Of a stretch of DNA of 64,000 nucleotides, positions 28,535 to 38,642 are shown one piece after another. The stretch's first letter is position 1. Each line of letters opens with the position of its first letter. The notes beneath the pieces were generated by a model. It was not told the DNA's origin. It was given only the letters and a program-made list of their open reading frames with translations, and did not search any database. Location: NCBI GenBank assembly GCA_963783385.1, contig CAWANJ010000007.1, forward strand, positions 128,001 through 192,000. Direction: 5' to 3'. Both the position numbers and the translations under genes were made by a program. The DNA is from an uncultured Gemmatimonadales bacterium (GTDB lineage Bacteria; Gemmatimonadota; Gemmatimonadetes; Palauibacterales; Palauibacteraceae).

Positions 28535-29167
28535 ATGGTAGCCGAGTCGGAGGGTCAGGTCGGTCCCGCCGGGGACCCGGGGGAGAGCGACCCGGGCTTC
28601 CTGACGGTCTCCAACCTCCTGTCCCTGAGCCGCGTTCCCCTCGCCCTCCTGTTCCTGGTCGTGAGCGACCGCGGATGGCTCGCCGTCGTGGTGGCCACCG
28701 GCGCCCTCACCGACCTCCTGGACGGCCTCATCGCCCGGCTCAGCGGGACGTCCTCGGAGCTGGGGTCCCTGCTGGACCCCTTCTGTGACAAGGTGTTCGT
28801 CCTCATCGGACTCATCTCCTTCCTGCCCGGGGGGCACCTGGACTGGGCGGGCTTCTTGATCCTCGTGCTGCGGGACATCCTCACCGCCGGGTCCTACCTG
28901 GTGGGCCGATTGGCCGGGCGGAGCTTGCCCTTCCGCTCCAGGCTGGGGGGCAAGTTGACCACCGGCCTGCAGGTCGCCACCTTCTTCGCCCTCCTGTTCT
29001 GGCCGAGGTACGTGCCGGTCCTGATCGTCCTCGTGGGGGTGACTTCGGTGTACGCCATAATCGACTACGGGATGTACAGCACGCGCATCAGTCAGGAGCG
29101 TGCGGCGGCCCGTCGCGCGGCGTCGCGCGGGAGCGGCGACGCCGTGGCGGAGCCCTCGACTCCATGA
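28535..29167 (+). CDS. CDP-alcohol phosphatidyltransferase
   Basis: NLLSLSR; DLLDGLIAR..G..LDPFCDK signature. Confidence 0.92.
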   Translation: MVAESEGQVGPAGDPGESDPGFLTVSNLLSLSRVPLALLFLVVSDRGWLAVVVATGALTDLLDGLIARLSGTSSELGSLLDPFCDKVFVLIGLISFLPGGHLDWAGFLILVLRDILTAGSYLVGRLAGRSLPFRSRLGGKLTTGLQVATFFALLFWPRYVPVLIVLVGVTSVYAIIDYGMYSTRISQERAAARRAASRGSGDAVAEPSTP

Positions 29168-30171
29168 GCTCCGAGCTGGTCGACGTCACGATCATCGGCG
29201 GGGGCCCGACGGGGCTCTACGGCCTGTTCTACGCCGGCATGCGGGGGGTGAGCGCCCGGCTCATCGACGTCCTCCCGGAACTCGGGGGACAGCTCACGGC
29301 GCTGTATCCGGAGAAGGACGTGTTCGACGTGGGCGGCTTCCCCAAGATCCTGGCCAAGGACCTGGCCAAGGCGCTGGTGCAGCAGGCCACGCAGTTCGAC
29401 GCGGACATCTGCCTGGACGAGCGGGTCGACGGGCTGCGGCGAGAGGACGACCACCTGGTGCTGGAGACCGACCGCGGCGAGCGACCCACGCGCACCCTGG
29501 TGATCGCGGCGGGGAAGGGGGCGTTCAAGCCGCGCAGGCTCAAGTGCCCCGGCTTCGACGAGTTCTGGAAGCGCGGGGTGTGGCCGCACGTGCACGACCC
29601 GGAGGCGTTCCGGGGTCGTCGCGTCCTGCTCGTCGGCGGAGGGGACTCCGCGTTCGACTGGAGCTGGGCGCTGCGGGACGTGGCCGGGTCGATCGTGCAC
29701 ATTCACCGCTCCGACCGTTACCGGGCCCACGACCACACGGTCAGCCTGGTCGAAGGGGCCGCCGCCAAGGGCGAGATCGAGCTCCTCGACCACCACGAGG
29801 TGGAGACGATCCACGGCGAGGAGCACATCACCGGGGCCACGATCTTCGACAACCGGTCCGAGGAGCGCCGGGAGCTCGAGATCGACGACGTGGTGGCGCT
29901 CATCGGCTTCGTGCCCAACATCGGGCCGATCGCCGACTGGGGGCTGGAGCTGGAGAAAAACACGATCCGGGTGGACACCCGTATGATGACCAACCTGCCC
30001 GGCGTGTTCGCCGCGGGCGACATCGTCACGTACGAGGGCAAGCTGGAGCTGATCTCCACGGGCTTCGGGGAGGCCGCGATCGCGGTGAACAACGCCGTGC
30101 ACTTCGCCAACCCCGACGCCCGGGTCGATCCGGGGCACTCGACGAGCTCGGCGGCCTTCCGGGACAAGTAG
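29164..30171 (+). CDS. TrxR-like ferredoxin--NADP+ reductase (YumC type)
   Basis: GGGPTG, LGGQLTALYPEK, GGGDSAFDW, GVFAAGD; no CxxC. Confidence 0.88.
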   Translation: MSSELVDVTIIGGGPTGLYGLFYAGMRGVSARLIDVLPELGGQLTALYPEKDVFDVGGFPKILAKDLAKALVQQATQFDADICLDERVDGLRREDDHLVLETDRGERPTRTLVIAAGKGAFKPRRLKCPGFDEFWKRGVWPHVHDPEAFRGRRVLLVGGGDSAFDWSWALRDVAGSIVHIHRSDRYRAHDHTVSLVEGAAAKGEIELLDHHEVETIHGEEHITGATIFDNRSEERRELEIDDVVALIGFVPNIGPIADWGLELEKNTIRVDTRMMTNLPGVFAAGDIVTYEGKLELISTGFGEAAIAVNNAVHFANPDARVDPGHSTSSAAFRDK

Positions 30172-30254
30172 GCTGGCAGGGAGTATGCAGATGGGGCCTC
30201 GAGGTCTATCCACGGGCCTCCACGCACTCACGCTGGACTCACGGGAGACCCTTG

Positions 30255-31481
30255 GTGGTGCATAGAAGGCGAAAGCGGACAGGAGTGCCCGGGCGGCGCG
30301 GCCCCGGCGCGCGCCGCCCCGACGGGGTTCGACCACGGGGCCGGCGCGGACGCGTCGGCCTTTCGCGTTTCGAGGCCGTGGTGGTGGCGGTCGCTGCGGC
30401 GCTGCTGGCCACCGCGTGCGGCGGCGGAGGTGGAGGGGCCGCGGGCCCGCGGGTACTGCCCGTCGAGATCGACGTCGCCAGGCGCGACACGCTGTCCATC
30501 GAGCTCAGCGCCGTGGGGACGCTGCAGGCACAGTCCTCCGCGCAGGTCGCCTCCGAGGTCGACGGCACGGTCTTCCGGATCGACTTCGAGGAGGGATCCC
30601 GGGTGCCGACCGGCAAGGTGCTGGTCCAGCTGGATGCCTCGAAGCTGCGGGCGTCGCTCCACGCGGCCGAGGCGACGGCCCAGCAGGCGCGGACGCAGGC
30701 CGCGAACCTCGAGCGGCAGGTCCAGCGCAACCGGGGCCTGCTGGCCCAGGGCGCCATCTCCAGGCAGGCGTTCGACGACCTGCAGTCCGGCTACCAGTCG
30801 GCCCGGGCGCAGGTGGACCAGGCGGAGGCGAGCGCGGCGCTGGCGCGCCAGCAGCTCTCCGACGCCACCATCCGCGCTCCCTTCCCCGGCAGGGTGGGGG
30901 AGCGGACCTTCGACGTGGGCGATTACGTTCGCAAGGGCGACCCGATGTTCTCGGTGACGGACGACGATACGCTGCAGGTCCGCTTCACGGTCCCCGAAGG
31001 GTACTCGGACCGGCTCCAGCCGGGCAGTTCCATGCAGGTCCAGTCGCCGAACGTCCCCGGCCGGTGGTTCGACGGCCAGGTCTACTTCGTGAGCCCGACC
31101 GTGGACCCGGTGAACCGCACGGTGACCCTGAAGGCGGAAGTGCCCAATCTCGACGGGAAGCTGCGATCGGGCTCCTCGGCCGACGTCCGCCTCGTGCTGG
31201 AGAAGCGCTCGGGCGCGATCGTGATTCCGGAAGCCGCCATCGTGCCCAGCGACCAGCAGATGCTCGTCTACCTGGTTCGGGACGGACAGGCGCATCGCAC
31301 CCCCGTCCAGGTGGGGGCGCGGACCGAGGGGCGCGTGGAGATCCTGTCCGGCGTCTCGGCCGGCGACACGGTGGTGACCGCGGGCCAGCAGAGGCTCGAG
31401 GACGGTACGCCTGTGAAGATCGAGGGGCAGGGGGTGGGCCTGCTTTCGGGGAGTCCCCCCGACTCCACCGCCGGGGGCTGA
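30255..31481 (+). CDS. RND efflux periplasmic adaptor (lipoprotein)
   Basis: LLATAC lipobox, IRAPFPG, VVTAGQQRL; start uncertain (GTG 30255 after GGGAG). Confidence 0.85.
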   Translation: MVHRRRKRTGVPGRRGPGARRPDGVRPRGRRGRVGLSRFEAVVVAVAAALLATACGGGGGGAAGPRVLPVEIDVARRDTLSIELSAVGTLQAQSSAQVASEVDGTVFRIDFEEGSRVPTGKVLVQLDASKLRASLHAAEATAQQARTQAANLERQVQRNRGLLAQGAISRQAFDDLQSGYQSARAQVDQAEASAALARQQLSDATIRAPFPGRVGERTFDVGDYVRKGDPMFSVTDDDTLQVRFTVPEGYSDRLQPGSSMQVQSPNVPGRWFDGQVYFVSPTVDPVNRTVTLKAEVPNLDGKLRSGSSADVRLVLEKRSGAIVIPEAAIVPSDQQMLVYLVRDGQAHRTPVQVGARTEGRVEILSGVSAGDTVVTAGQQRLEDGTPVKIEGQGVGLLSGSPPDSTAGG

Positions 31482-31484
31482 GCC

Positions 31485-34400
31485 GTGTTCCTTCCGGACA
31501 CCTCCATCAAGCGACCGGTCCTCACGCTGGTCGTCTCCATGACGATCCTGCTGGCGGGCTGGCTGGGGTACCGGAACCTGGCCGTCCGGGAGCTCCCCAA
31601 CGTCGAGTATCCGATCGTCAGCGTGTCGACGGCCCTTCCGGGCGCCAGCCCGACGGTCGTCGAGACCAACGTGACCAAGCCGCTCGAGGAGCAGATCAAC
31701 ACGATCGAGGGGCTCAAGACGCTCACCTCGATCAGCGGCGAGGGCGCCAGCCAGATCACCGCGGAGTTCGACCTGTCCCGCGACGTCGACCTGGCCCTGC
31801 AGGACGTGCGGGCCAAGGTCAGCCTGGCGCGCGGGCGGCTCCCGCAGGACGCCGAGGATCCGGTCATCCAGAAGGTGGACCCGAACGCCCAGCCGATCAT
31901 CTGGCTCAGCGTCCAGAACGCGTCCCTGGGGATCACGCAGGTCAACGACTTCGCCAACGACGTGATCAAGGAGCGCCTGCAGAGGATCCCCGGGGTGGGC
32001 AACGTCATCCTGGGCGGAGAGCAGCGCTTCGCCGTGCGCATCCGGCTCGATCCGCGCGAGCTCGCGGCGCACCAGCTTACCGTGGACGACGTGCAGCGGG
32101 CCCTCCTGTCGCAGAACGTGGACCTGCCGTCCGGCCGGGTGGAGAGCGAGACCCGGGAGTTCACGGTGCGGACCCAGGGCCAGTTCCCCACCGCGGCCTC
32201 CTTCGCCCGGCTGATCATCACGACCCGGGACGGGACCCCGATCCGGCTCGGGGACGTGGGGATAGCCGAGGCGGGAGTGCAGGACGAGCGCACCCTGGCC
32301 CGGTTCAACGGCAAGCCCACGGTCGGTGTGGGGATCGTGAAGCAGTCCGACGCCAACACGGTGGAGGTGGCCGACCGCGTGCTGCAGGAGATCGACCAGA
32401 TCCGGGCGGACGCTCCGCCCGGCTACAAGCTGCTCATCGCGGTCAACAACGCCGACTTCATCAAGGACTCGCTGTCCGAGGTCCAGTTCACCCTGTTGGT
32501 GGCCTTCGGGCTCGTCGTGCTGGTCATCCTCCTCTTCCTGCGGAGCTGGCGGGCCACCTTCATCCCGGCTCTCGCCATCCCCGTGTCCCTCGTGGGCACC
32601 TTCGCGGTGTTCTACGCGCTGCACTTCTCCATCAACACGCTCACGCTCCTGGCCCTCGTGCTGGCCATCGGCATCGTGGTGGACGACGCCATCGTGGTGG
32701 TGGAGAACATCTACCGGCACATGGAAGAGGGGGAGTCGCCCTTCGAGGCGGCGCGCAAAGGCTCGGCGGAGATCGCCTTCGCGGTCATCGCGATCGCGAT
32801 CACGCTGGTCATCGTGTTCCTTCCCATCGCCCTGATCGGCGGCATCGTGGGCCGGCTGTTCCGCGAGTTCGGACTCGGCGTGGCCGTTTCCGTGCTGATC
32901 TCGGCGTTCGTGGCCCTCACCCTGAGCCCCATGCTGAGCTCGCGGATCCTCAAGCTGGAGGAGAACCGCAACCGCGTGTTCGAGGCGGTCGAGCGGCTGC
33001 TGCAGCGCGTCACCGACGCGTACCGCCGCACCCTGTCCTGGGCCCTCGACCACCGCTGGACCATGGTCGGGATCGCGGCGGCCAGCCTGGTCGCCAGCTT
33101 CGCGATCATGGGCGTGATGGGGAAGGAGTTCGTGCCCCAGGAGGACCGGGGCCAGTTCCTCATCAGCTTCAAGGCGCCCGAGGGCGCCACCCTGGAGTAC
33201 ACGGACGCCTACCTCAAGCGGATCGAGGAGATGACGGCCTCCACGCCGGGCGTGGACCGGTTCTTCTCGGCCATCGGGCTCAGCATCGGGGGGCCGCCGG
33301 CCGTGAACACGGGCATCGTGTTCGTGCGGCTCAAGCCGAAGCGCTCGGTGAGCCAGCAGCAGATCATGAACCAGCTGCGCGGGAAGTTCTCGACCCTGGC
33401 GGGCATCGACGCCTACCCGATCGCGCTCAGCGGGCTGTCGACCGGGGCGTTCGGCAAGCCGCTCCAGTTCGTGATCCAGTACCCGAACCTGGACACCCTC
33501 GGGATATACGCGGACAGCATGGTGACGCTGGCCCAGCGGATCCCGGGGCTCCAGGGCGTCGACTCGAACCTGGACCTCAACAAGCCGCAGCTGCGGGTCA
33601 CCGTGGACCGCGCCAAGGCGTCGCGGCTGGGCGTGAGCGTGGAGGAGATCTCGAATACGCTCCAGATCCTGCTCGGGGGCCGGCACATCGGGGACTTCGA
33701 GCGCGGTGACAACCGCTACTGGGTGGTGGCCCAGCTCCAGAACCGCTTTCGGGCGACCCCCGAGGATCTCCGCTCGATCTACGTGCGCGCCTCGAACGGC
33801 TCCCTCGTGCAGCTCGGGAACCTGATCGAGGTCGGCGAGGCGGCCGGTCCCAACGTGGTGAACCACCGCAACCGGGAGCGCTCCGCCACCATCGGCGCCA
33901 ACGTCTCGGGCGTGCCGCTGGGCACGGCGCTGCAGCGCGTGCAGGCCCTGGCCGACAGCATCCTGCCCAGGGGCTTCTCGACGGACGTGGCCGGGCAGGC
34001 GGAGAGCTTCCAGGAGTCCTTCGCCAGCCTGCTGTTCGCCCTCCTGATGGCGGTCGTGGCCATCTACCTGGTGCTGGCCGCCCAGTTCGAGAGCTTCGTG
34101 CATCCGTTCACGATCATGCTGGCCCTGCCGCTGGCGCTGGTGGGCGCGGTGGCCGCGCTCGCCGCCCTGGGCATGACGCTCAACATCTACAGCATGATCG
34201 GGATCATCATGCTCATGGGGCTGGTGACCAAGAACTCCATCCTCCTCGTCGACTACGCCAACCAGCGCCGGGAGGCGGGCGAGGCGCGCCGCGACGCGGT
34301 GCTGCGCGCGGGGACGGTGCGACTGCGCCCCATCCTCATGACCTCGGTGGCCATCATCTTCGGCGTGCTGCCCATCGCCCTGGCGCTGGGGGCCGGCGCC

Positions 34401-34592
34401 GAGTCGCGGCGACCGCTGGGCGTGGCCGTCGTGGCCGGGATGTTCACGTCCACGGCGCTCACGCTGCTGATCGTGCCCGTGTTCTACGAGGTGATCGACG
34501 ACGGGCTGCTGTGGGTGAGGGCGCGGTGGCGGGGCCTGATGGGGCGATTCTCCACCTCCGAGACCACCGGGGGACACCGCCCGGCAGGCTGA
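31485..34592 (+). CDS. RND efflux permease (AcrB/HAE1 family)
   Basis: SIKRPV, GIVVDDAIVVVENI, KNSILLVD, RLRPILMT. Confidence 0.95.
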   Translation: MFLPDTSIKRPVLTLVVSMTILLAGWLGYRNLAVRELPNVEYPIVSVSTALPGASPTVVETNVTKPLEEQINTIEGLKTLTSISGEGASQITAEFDLSRDVDLALQDVRAKVSLARGRLPQDAEDPVIQKVDPNAQPIIWLSVQNASLGITQVNDFANDVIKERLQRIPGVGNVILGGEQRFAVRIRLDPRELAAHQLTVDDVQRALLSQNVDLPSGRVESETREFTVRTQGQFPTAASFARLIITTRDGTPIRLGDVGIAEAGVQDERTLARFNGKPTVGVGIVKQSDANTVEVADRVLQEIDQIRADAPPGYKLLIAVNNADFIKDSLSEVQFTLLVAFGLVVLVILLFLRSWRATFIPALAIPVSLVGTFAVFYALHFSINTLTLLALVLAIGIVVDDAIVVVENIYRHMEEGESPFEAARKGSAEIAFAVIAIAITLVIVFLPIALIGGIVGRLFREFGLGVAVSVLISAFVALTLSPMLSSRILKLEENRNRVFEAVERLLQRVTDAYRRTLSWALDHRWTMVGIAAASLVASFAIMGVMGKEFVPQEDRGQFLISFKAPEGATLEYTDAYLKRIEEMTASTPGVDRFFSAIGLSIGGPPAVNTGIVFVRLKPKRSVSQQQIMNQLRGKFSTLAGIDAYPIALSGLSTGAFGKPLQFVIQYPNLDTLGIYADSMVTLAQRIPGLQGVDSNLDLNKPQLRVTVDRAKASRLGVSVEEISNTLQILLGGRHIGDFERGDNRYWVVAQLQNRFRATPEDLRSIYVRASNGSLVQLGNLIEVGEAAGPNVVNHRNRERSATIGANVSGVPLGTALQRVQALADSILPRGFSTDVAGQAESFQESFASLLFALLMAVVAIYLVLAAQFESFVHPFTIMLALPLALVGAVAALAALGMTLNIYSMIGIIMLMGLVTKNSILLVDYANQRREAGEARRDAVLRAGTVRLRPILMTSVAIIFGVLPIALALGAGAESRRPLGVAVVAGMFTSTALTLLIVPVFYEVIDDGLLWVRARWRGLMGRFSTSETTGGHRPAG

Positions 34593-34643
34593 GATCCCTG
34601 AGATCCGGGCCCGCGCGCGGACGAGGCTCCGCCGCCAGCCGCG

Positions 34644-36854
34644 CTACAGCTCTTCCAGCCGGGCGCCGGCCCCCGTGAACAGGTCGCGAAGGTGGTCGTC
34701 GCAGGTGAGGTAGATCACCTGCCAGCCTTCTCCGGCCAGCCCCGCGACGGTTTCCACCAGTCGCTCCCTCCTCGACCAGTCGGCCGTGAGGAAGGCGTCG
34801 TCCAGGAGGAGCAGGCCGGGCTCCTCCAGCCCGGCGGCGCGCAGCGCGGCGCGCGCCAGCCCCGCGCGCAGCGCCAGGAGCACCTGGTCCCGCGTGCCGC
34901 GGCTCACGAGGTCGATGGGGAGGCGCAGTCCCTCCTCGTCCACCAGCTCTAGCGCCCCCCGCTCGTCGCGGACGAGGCCGCGGTAGCGTCCGGTGACCGA
35001 GTGGAGCAGGGCGCCCGGCGACAGGGGACCCCGGCTGTCGAGCGCCTCGGATAGGCGACGCTCCAGCACCTCGTCCATGGTGGCGAACACCTCGCCCGCC
35101 AGGCGGCCCGCCTCCCAGTCCAGCTCGAGGCGCTGCGCGGCGGACCGCGCCGACCGGAGCTCGGTCAGGACGTCCTCGGGCGTGGACAGGCCGGCCTGCA
35201 CGAAGGCGTCCCGCAGCTCCCGGTATTCCGAGCGCAGCGTCGCGGCCCGGCGCTCCAGGCGCACCTTCTCCTGCGGATCCCAGGCCGGGAGCGCCTCCGC
35301 ATCCTCCGGGGCGGGAACGTCCCAGCGGGCCGGGTCCGAGCCGGCCAGGGCCTCCAGGGACCGCTCCACGTCGCGGAGCCGCGACGCGCATTCTTCGCGC
35401 GTGCGCGCCCGCGTTTCGGCCTCGTCGATGCCCTCGACCTCGAGCCGCTCGGCCAGCTCGGCCGTCCGCCGCTCGATCTCCCGGACGCGCCTCTCCGCGG
35501 CCTCCAGCTCCTCCCGGGCCCGGGCCGCGCGGCCCTCGGCCTCCTCGGCGGAGGCCGCCGCCGCCTCCAGCTCGCTCTCCCGACGGGCGGCCTCCACCTC
35601 CAGGCGCCGCAGGCGCTCGGCGACCTCGGACGCACTTTCGACCTCGAGCCCGGCCGAGGCCGCGTCCTGGCGCAGCTTGCGGGCGCGCTCGGCCCGCTTG
35701 CGTCGCGCCTCCTCGCCCTTCCGCCGGCGGTGGCGCCACACCAGGACGGGGACCGTCACCGCCGCGAAGGCGATCAGCAGGGGGAACGCGATGGCGGTGA
35801 GCAGGTGCCCGGGCAGGAGGAGCGCCAGTGCCAGGAGCACGAGGACGAGCCCGAAAGCGGCCTTGTAGATCCAGCTGGACAGGGCCGATGGCTCCCGTTC
35901 GAGCCGCGGCGGCTCGGTGGTCAGCTCGGCGGCCCGGCGCTCCAGTCCGACCTCTCGGGCCGCGTCCAGGCGGGCGCGGAGCTCCTCGGCCTCCCGCTCG
36001 GCGTCCCTGCGGCGCTCGGCCCGGCCGGCCGCCTCGGCGGAGGCCTCGTCGACCCCCGTGCGCGCCCGCTCGAGACGCCGGGACAGCTCTCCCTCGCGCT
36101 CGTGCCGGAGCGAGCGCCACTCCCGCAGCGCCTCGATCGGAAGCTCGGGGAGATCGGCCAGCTCGGACGCCAGCCGCTGGCGGTCCTCGAACAGGGTCGC
36201 GATCAGCGCCTTCCGCGCCCGCTCCATCGCCTCCAGCCGGGCCTCGACGCGGGCCACGTCCGCCTCGAAGCGGGCGGCCGGCTCGAGCCGCGTCTCCAGG
36301 ACCTCGAGACGCTCGATCCGCTCCTCGAGCTCGCGGTGGCGCGTGCGCGGCCCAGGATCCCCACGATCGCTGGGCTCTCCCCCGGGTGTGAGGTGCGCCT
36401 GGCGGTGAACGGCCTCGCGGAGGGTGTCGACGCCGCGCGGGAGCCCCGATAGGAGCTTCTTGAGCTCGGGCCAGAACTCGCCGCGAGCCGCCCCGGGGAG
36501 CTCCAGCTCGCCGGAACGCACGCAAAACAGGCCGGCCAGGCTCGCGTGCTCGAGCTCGAGGCGGTGCAGCAGGGAGGTGGAGCCCGGATAGGAGAGCACC
36601 TCGTCGCCCAGGCGGACCTCGACCCGTCCCCCCGCCTCCGCGGCGCTTCCGAACCGGTCGACGCCGGGAAGGACCGTCTCGAGCCGCGTGCCCGTCTTCT
36701 GCTCCCACCGGAACAGCTGGGAGACCAGGAAGTCGAACAGCGTCGTCTTGCCGGCCTCGTTCGGGCCCCACACCACGGTGAGCCCTGGGGAGGGCTCCAT
36801 CTCGAGGCCCCGCAGGGGCCCGAACGAGGGCACCCGGATGCGCAGGATCCTCAC
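34644..36854 (-). CDS. SbcC/Rad50-like (YhaN type) ATPase with internal TM hairpin
   Basis: GPNEAGKTT, coiled coil, SRGTRDQ..LALR, LLLDDAF, QVIYLTC. Confidence 0.85.
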   Translation of the reverse strand: MRILRIRVPSFGPLRGLEMEPSPGLTVVWGPNEAGKTTLFDFLVSQLFRWEQKTGTRLETVLPGVDRFGSAAEAGGRVEVRLGDEVLSYPGSTSLLHRLELEHASLAGLFCVRSGELELPGAARGEFWPELKKLLSGLPRGVDTLREAVHRQAHLTPGGEPSDRGDPGPRTRHRELEERIERLEVLETRLEPAARFEADVARVEARLEAMERARKALIATLFEDRQRLASELADLPELPIEALREWRSLRHEREGELSRRLERARTGVDEASAEAAGRAERRRDAEREAEELRARLDAAREVGLERRAAELTTEPPRLEREPSALSSWIYKAAFGLVLVLLALALLLPGHLLTAIAFPLLIAFAAVTVPVLVWRHRRRKGEEARRKRAERARKLRQDAASAGLEVESASEVAERLRRLEVEAARRESELEAAAASAEEAEGRAARAREELEAAERRVREIERRTAELAERLEVEGIDEAETRARTREECASRLRDVERSLEALAGSDPARWDVPAPEDAEALPAWDPQEKVRLERRAATLRSEYRELRDAFVQAGLSTPEDVLTELRSARSAAQRLELDWEAGRLAGEVFATMDEVLERRLSEALDSRGPLSPGALLHSVTGRYRGLVRDERGALELVDEEGLRLPIDLVSRGTRDQVLLALRAGLARAALRAAGLEEPGLLLLDDAFLTADWSRRERLVETVAGLAGEGWQVIYLTCDDHLRDLFTGAGARLEEL

Positions 36855-36884
36855 CGCGGGGCGCCCCGGTTCTTCAACGGCCTT

Positions 36885-38006
36885 CTAGACCTTGAGCGCG
36901 CGGGCCGCCAGCTCCAGCGCCCGGCGCTCCACCGTCTCGCGGCGGTCCATGCCTTCGGCGCGATCGGCCTCGAGCCGGGCCTCCAGGCGGCGCCGGAAGT
37001 CGCGGAAGAGGTCGGCCCGGGCCGGGTCCAGCCCGACGCTCGCAAGGTCGAACTCGAGCTTCGCGAAGGAGGGAGCGAGCCGCTCCCGGACCCGGTCGGC
37101 CGCCTCCCGGAGGTCGGTTTCGGACACTCCGGCCAGGATGCCGTCGACCCGGACCCTCATGTCGCACAGCGGGTCGGCCACCTCCTCCAGCTCGGCGGCG
37201 AGCGACTCGAGGCCGGCGCGCTCCTCGAATGGGTTCAGCCAGCGCTCGATTCGGGCCCGCCACGGGACCGGAAGTCGGACCGGCTGGAGCTCCAGCTTCC
37301 CCGGCCCGATCTCCACCAGGATCGCCGTGCGGTGGCCGAGCGCGTGCGGGCCGACCGGGGCGGGCGAGCCGGCGTAGGCGACCGGGAGCCCCCCGAGCCG
37401 GCGGAGGGCGTGCTGGTGGTAGTGCCCGAGGGCGACGTAGTCGGCCCGGAGCGCCCGGAGGTCGTCGGAGCGCACCGGGAAGTAGGGGCCGGCCTCGTCC
37501 GATCGGCTCTCGTCCTGGATTCGAGGCGCCGAGGCGTCGATGAGCGTACCGTGCAGGACGAGGAGGGTCGCCTCGGGTGCGGTGTCGCCTCCGGGTCGGG
37601 ACGGGGCGGAGAGCCTCTCCTCGACGTCCCGCCGCACGTGGCCGAAGCCGATCTCCCCCGCCGGGAAGGGGACGGCCACCACCCGCACGGCCGCGACCGT
37701 CGTCTCCTGGACGGGCTCACCCAGGAGGAGGGTGGTGCGCGGACCCCAGTCCTGGCCGGGACGGTACGCGGCGCGGTCGTGGTTGCCCGGAAGGAGGAGG
37801 ACGGGGACGTCGAGGCTCTCGAACGCGGCGCGCACCCGCGGCCGCAGGGCGGCGTGGTCGCCGCCCCGGTCCAGGAGGTCCCCGGCCACCAGCAGGGCAT
37901 CGACCGCGTGGTCGCGGGCCGCGCCGAGGACCGCCTCCAGCGCGTCCCAGCGCTCGGGGTGGTCCTCGGTCAGGTGCAGGTCGGCGGTGTGCAGGATGCG
38001 CGTCAT
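36885..38006 (-). CDS. SbcD/Mre11-like (YhaO type) metallophosphoesterase nuclease
   Basis: HTADLH, AGDLLD, PGNHD, LHG, ALGHYH, YAGSP. Confidence 0.9.
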   Translation of the reverse strand: MTRILHTADLHLTEDHPERWDALEAVLGAARDHAVDALLVAGDLLDRGGDHAALRPRVRAAFESLDVPVLLLPGNHDRAAYRPGQDWGPRTTLLLGEPVQETTVAAVRVVAVPFPAGEIGFGHVRRDVEERLSAPSRPGGDTAPEATLLVLHGTLIDASAPRIQDESRSDEAGPYFPVRSDDLRALRADYVALGHYHQHALRRLGGLPVAYAGSPAPVGPHALGHRTAILVEIGPGKLELQPVRLPVPWRARIERWLNPFEERAGLESLAAELEEVADPLCDMRVRVDGILAGVSETDLREAADRVRERLAPSFAKLEFDLASVGLDPARADLFRDFRRRLEARLEADRAEGMDRRETVERRALELAARALKV

Positions 38007-38087
38007 CGCCCCTAAGATAGGGGATGGCCGGGCGGCACGCCCGCTCCGGCGAGGCGACGAGTGGCCGTCCACGAAGGGGGAAGTCAC

Positions 38088-38642
38088 ATGAGCGAGCCCA
38101 GGATCTCCAGGCTGCCGCTGGAGGGCAACGAGCCGGCCGTCCAGGCGGTGTTCGACCGCTTCCGGAAGGAGCGGGGCAACGTCCCCAACATGTTCCGGGT
38201 GGTCGGCCACCGGGAGGAGCACCTGGCCACCATGATCCGCCACTTCGGGACCGTGATGCGGCGGGGCTCGGTCGCCCCCGCGCTCAAGGAGATGCTCTCG
38301 GTACGGGTCTCGGCCCTCAACGGGTGCGATTACTGACTGGCCTCCCACACGCAGCTGGCAGCTGCGCTGGACGTGACGCCCGAGCAGCTCCGGGACCTGC
38401 AGGGCGAGACGATCGACCCCGGCCTGTACGCGGCCGACGAGGCGGCGGCCCTCGCCTTCGCGGGGGCCATGACCCGAGAATCGAGCGCCGTCCCCGCGGA
38501 GACGGTCGCGCGACTGCGCGAGCACTTCGAGGAGGGTGAAATCGTGGAGATCGCCATGGTCGTGGGGCTGTTCCTGTACTTCAACGCGTTCAACAACGCC
38601 CTGGGCACGCCGCCCACGGCCCCGAGCCCCTACGTGCTCTGA
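38088..38642 (+). CDS. AhpD/carboxymuconolactone decarboxylase family protein, probable selenoprotein (TGA 38334-38336 = Sec)
   Basis: ORFs 38061..38336 and 38373..38642 share a frame; readthrough gives EMLSVRVSALNGCDY-U-LASH and a complete 184-aa protein. Confidence 0.8.
38346..38371 (+). promoter_or_regulatory. Putative bacterial SECIS hairpin
   Basis: CGCAGCT-ggc-AGCTGCG (38350-38366) with a G-containing loop 20 nt after the TGA. Confidence 0.6.

Noticed and set aside
30228-34577. Very long antisense or alternative-frame ORFs (e.g. 1449 aa here, 55443..58550, 4745..7333)
   Set aside because: Shadow ORFs of real genes caused by high GC3; no motifs and biased composition.
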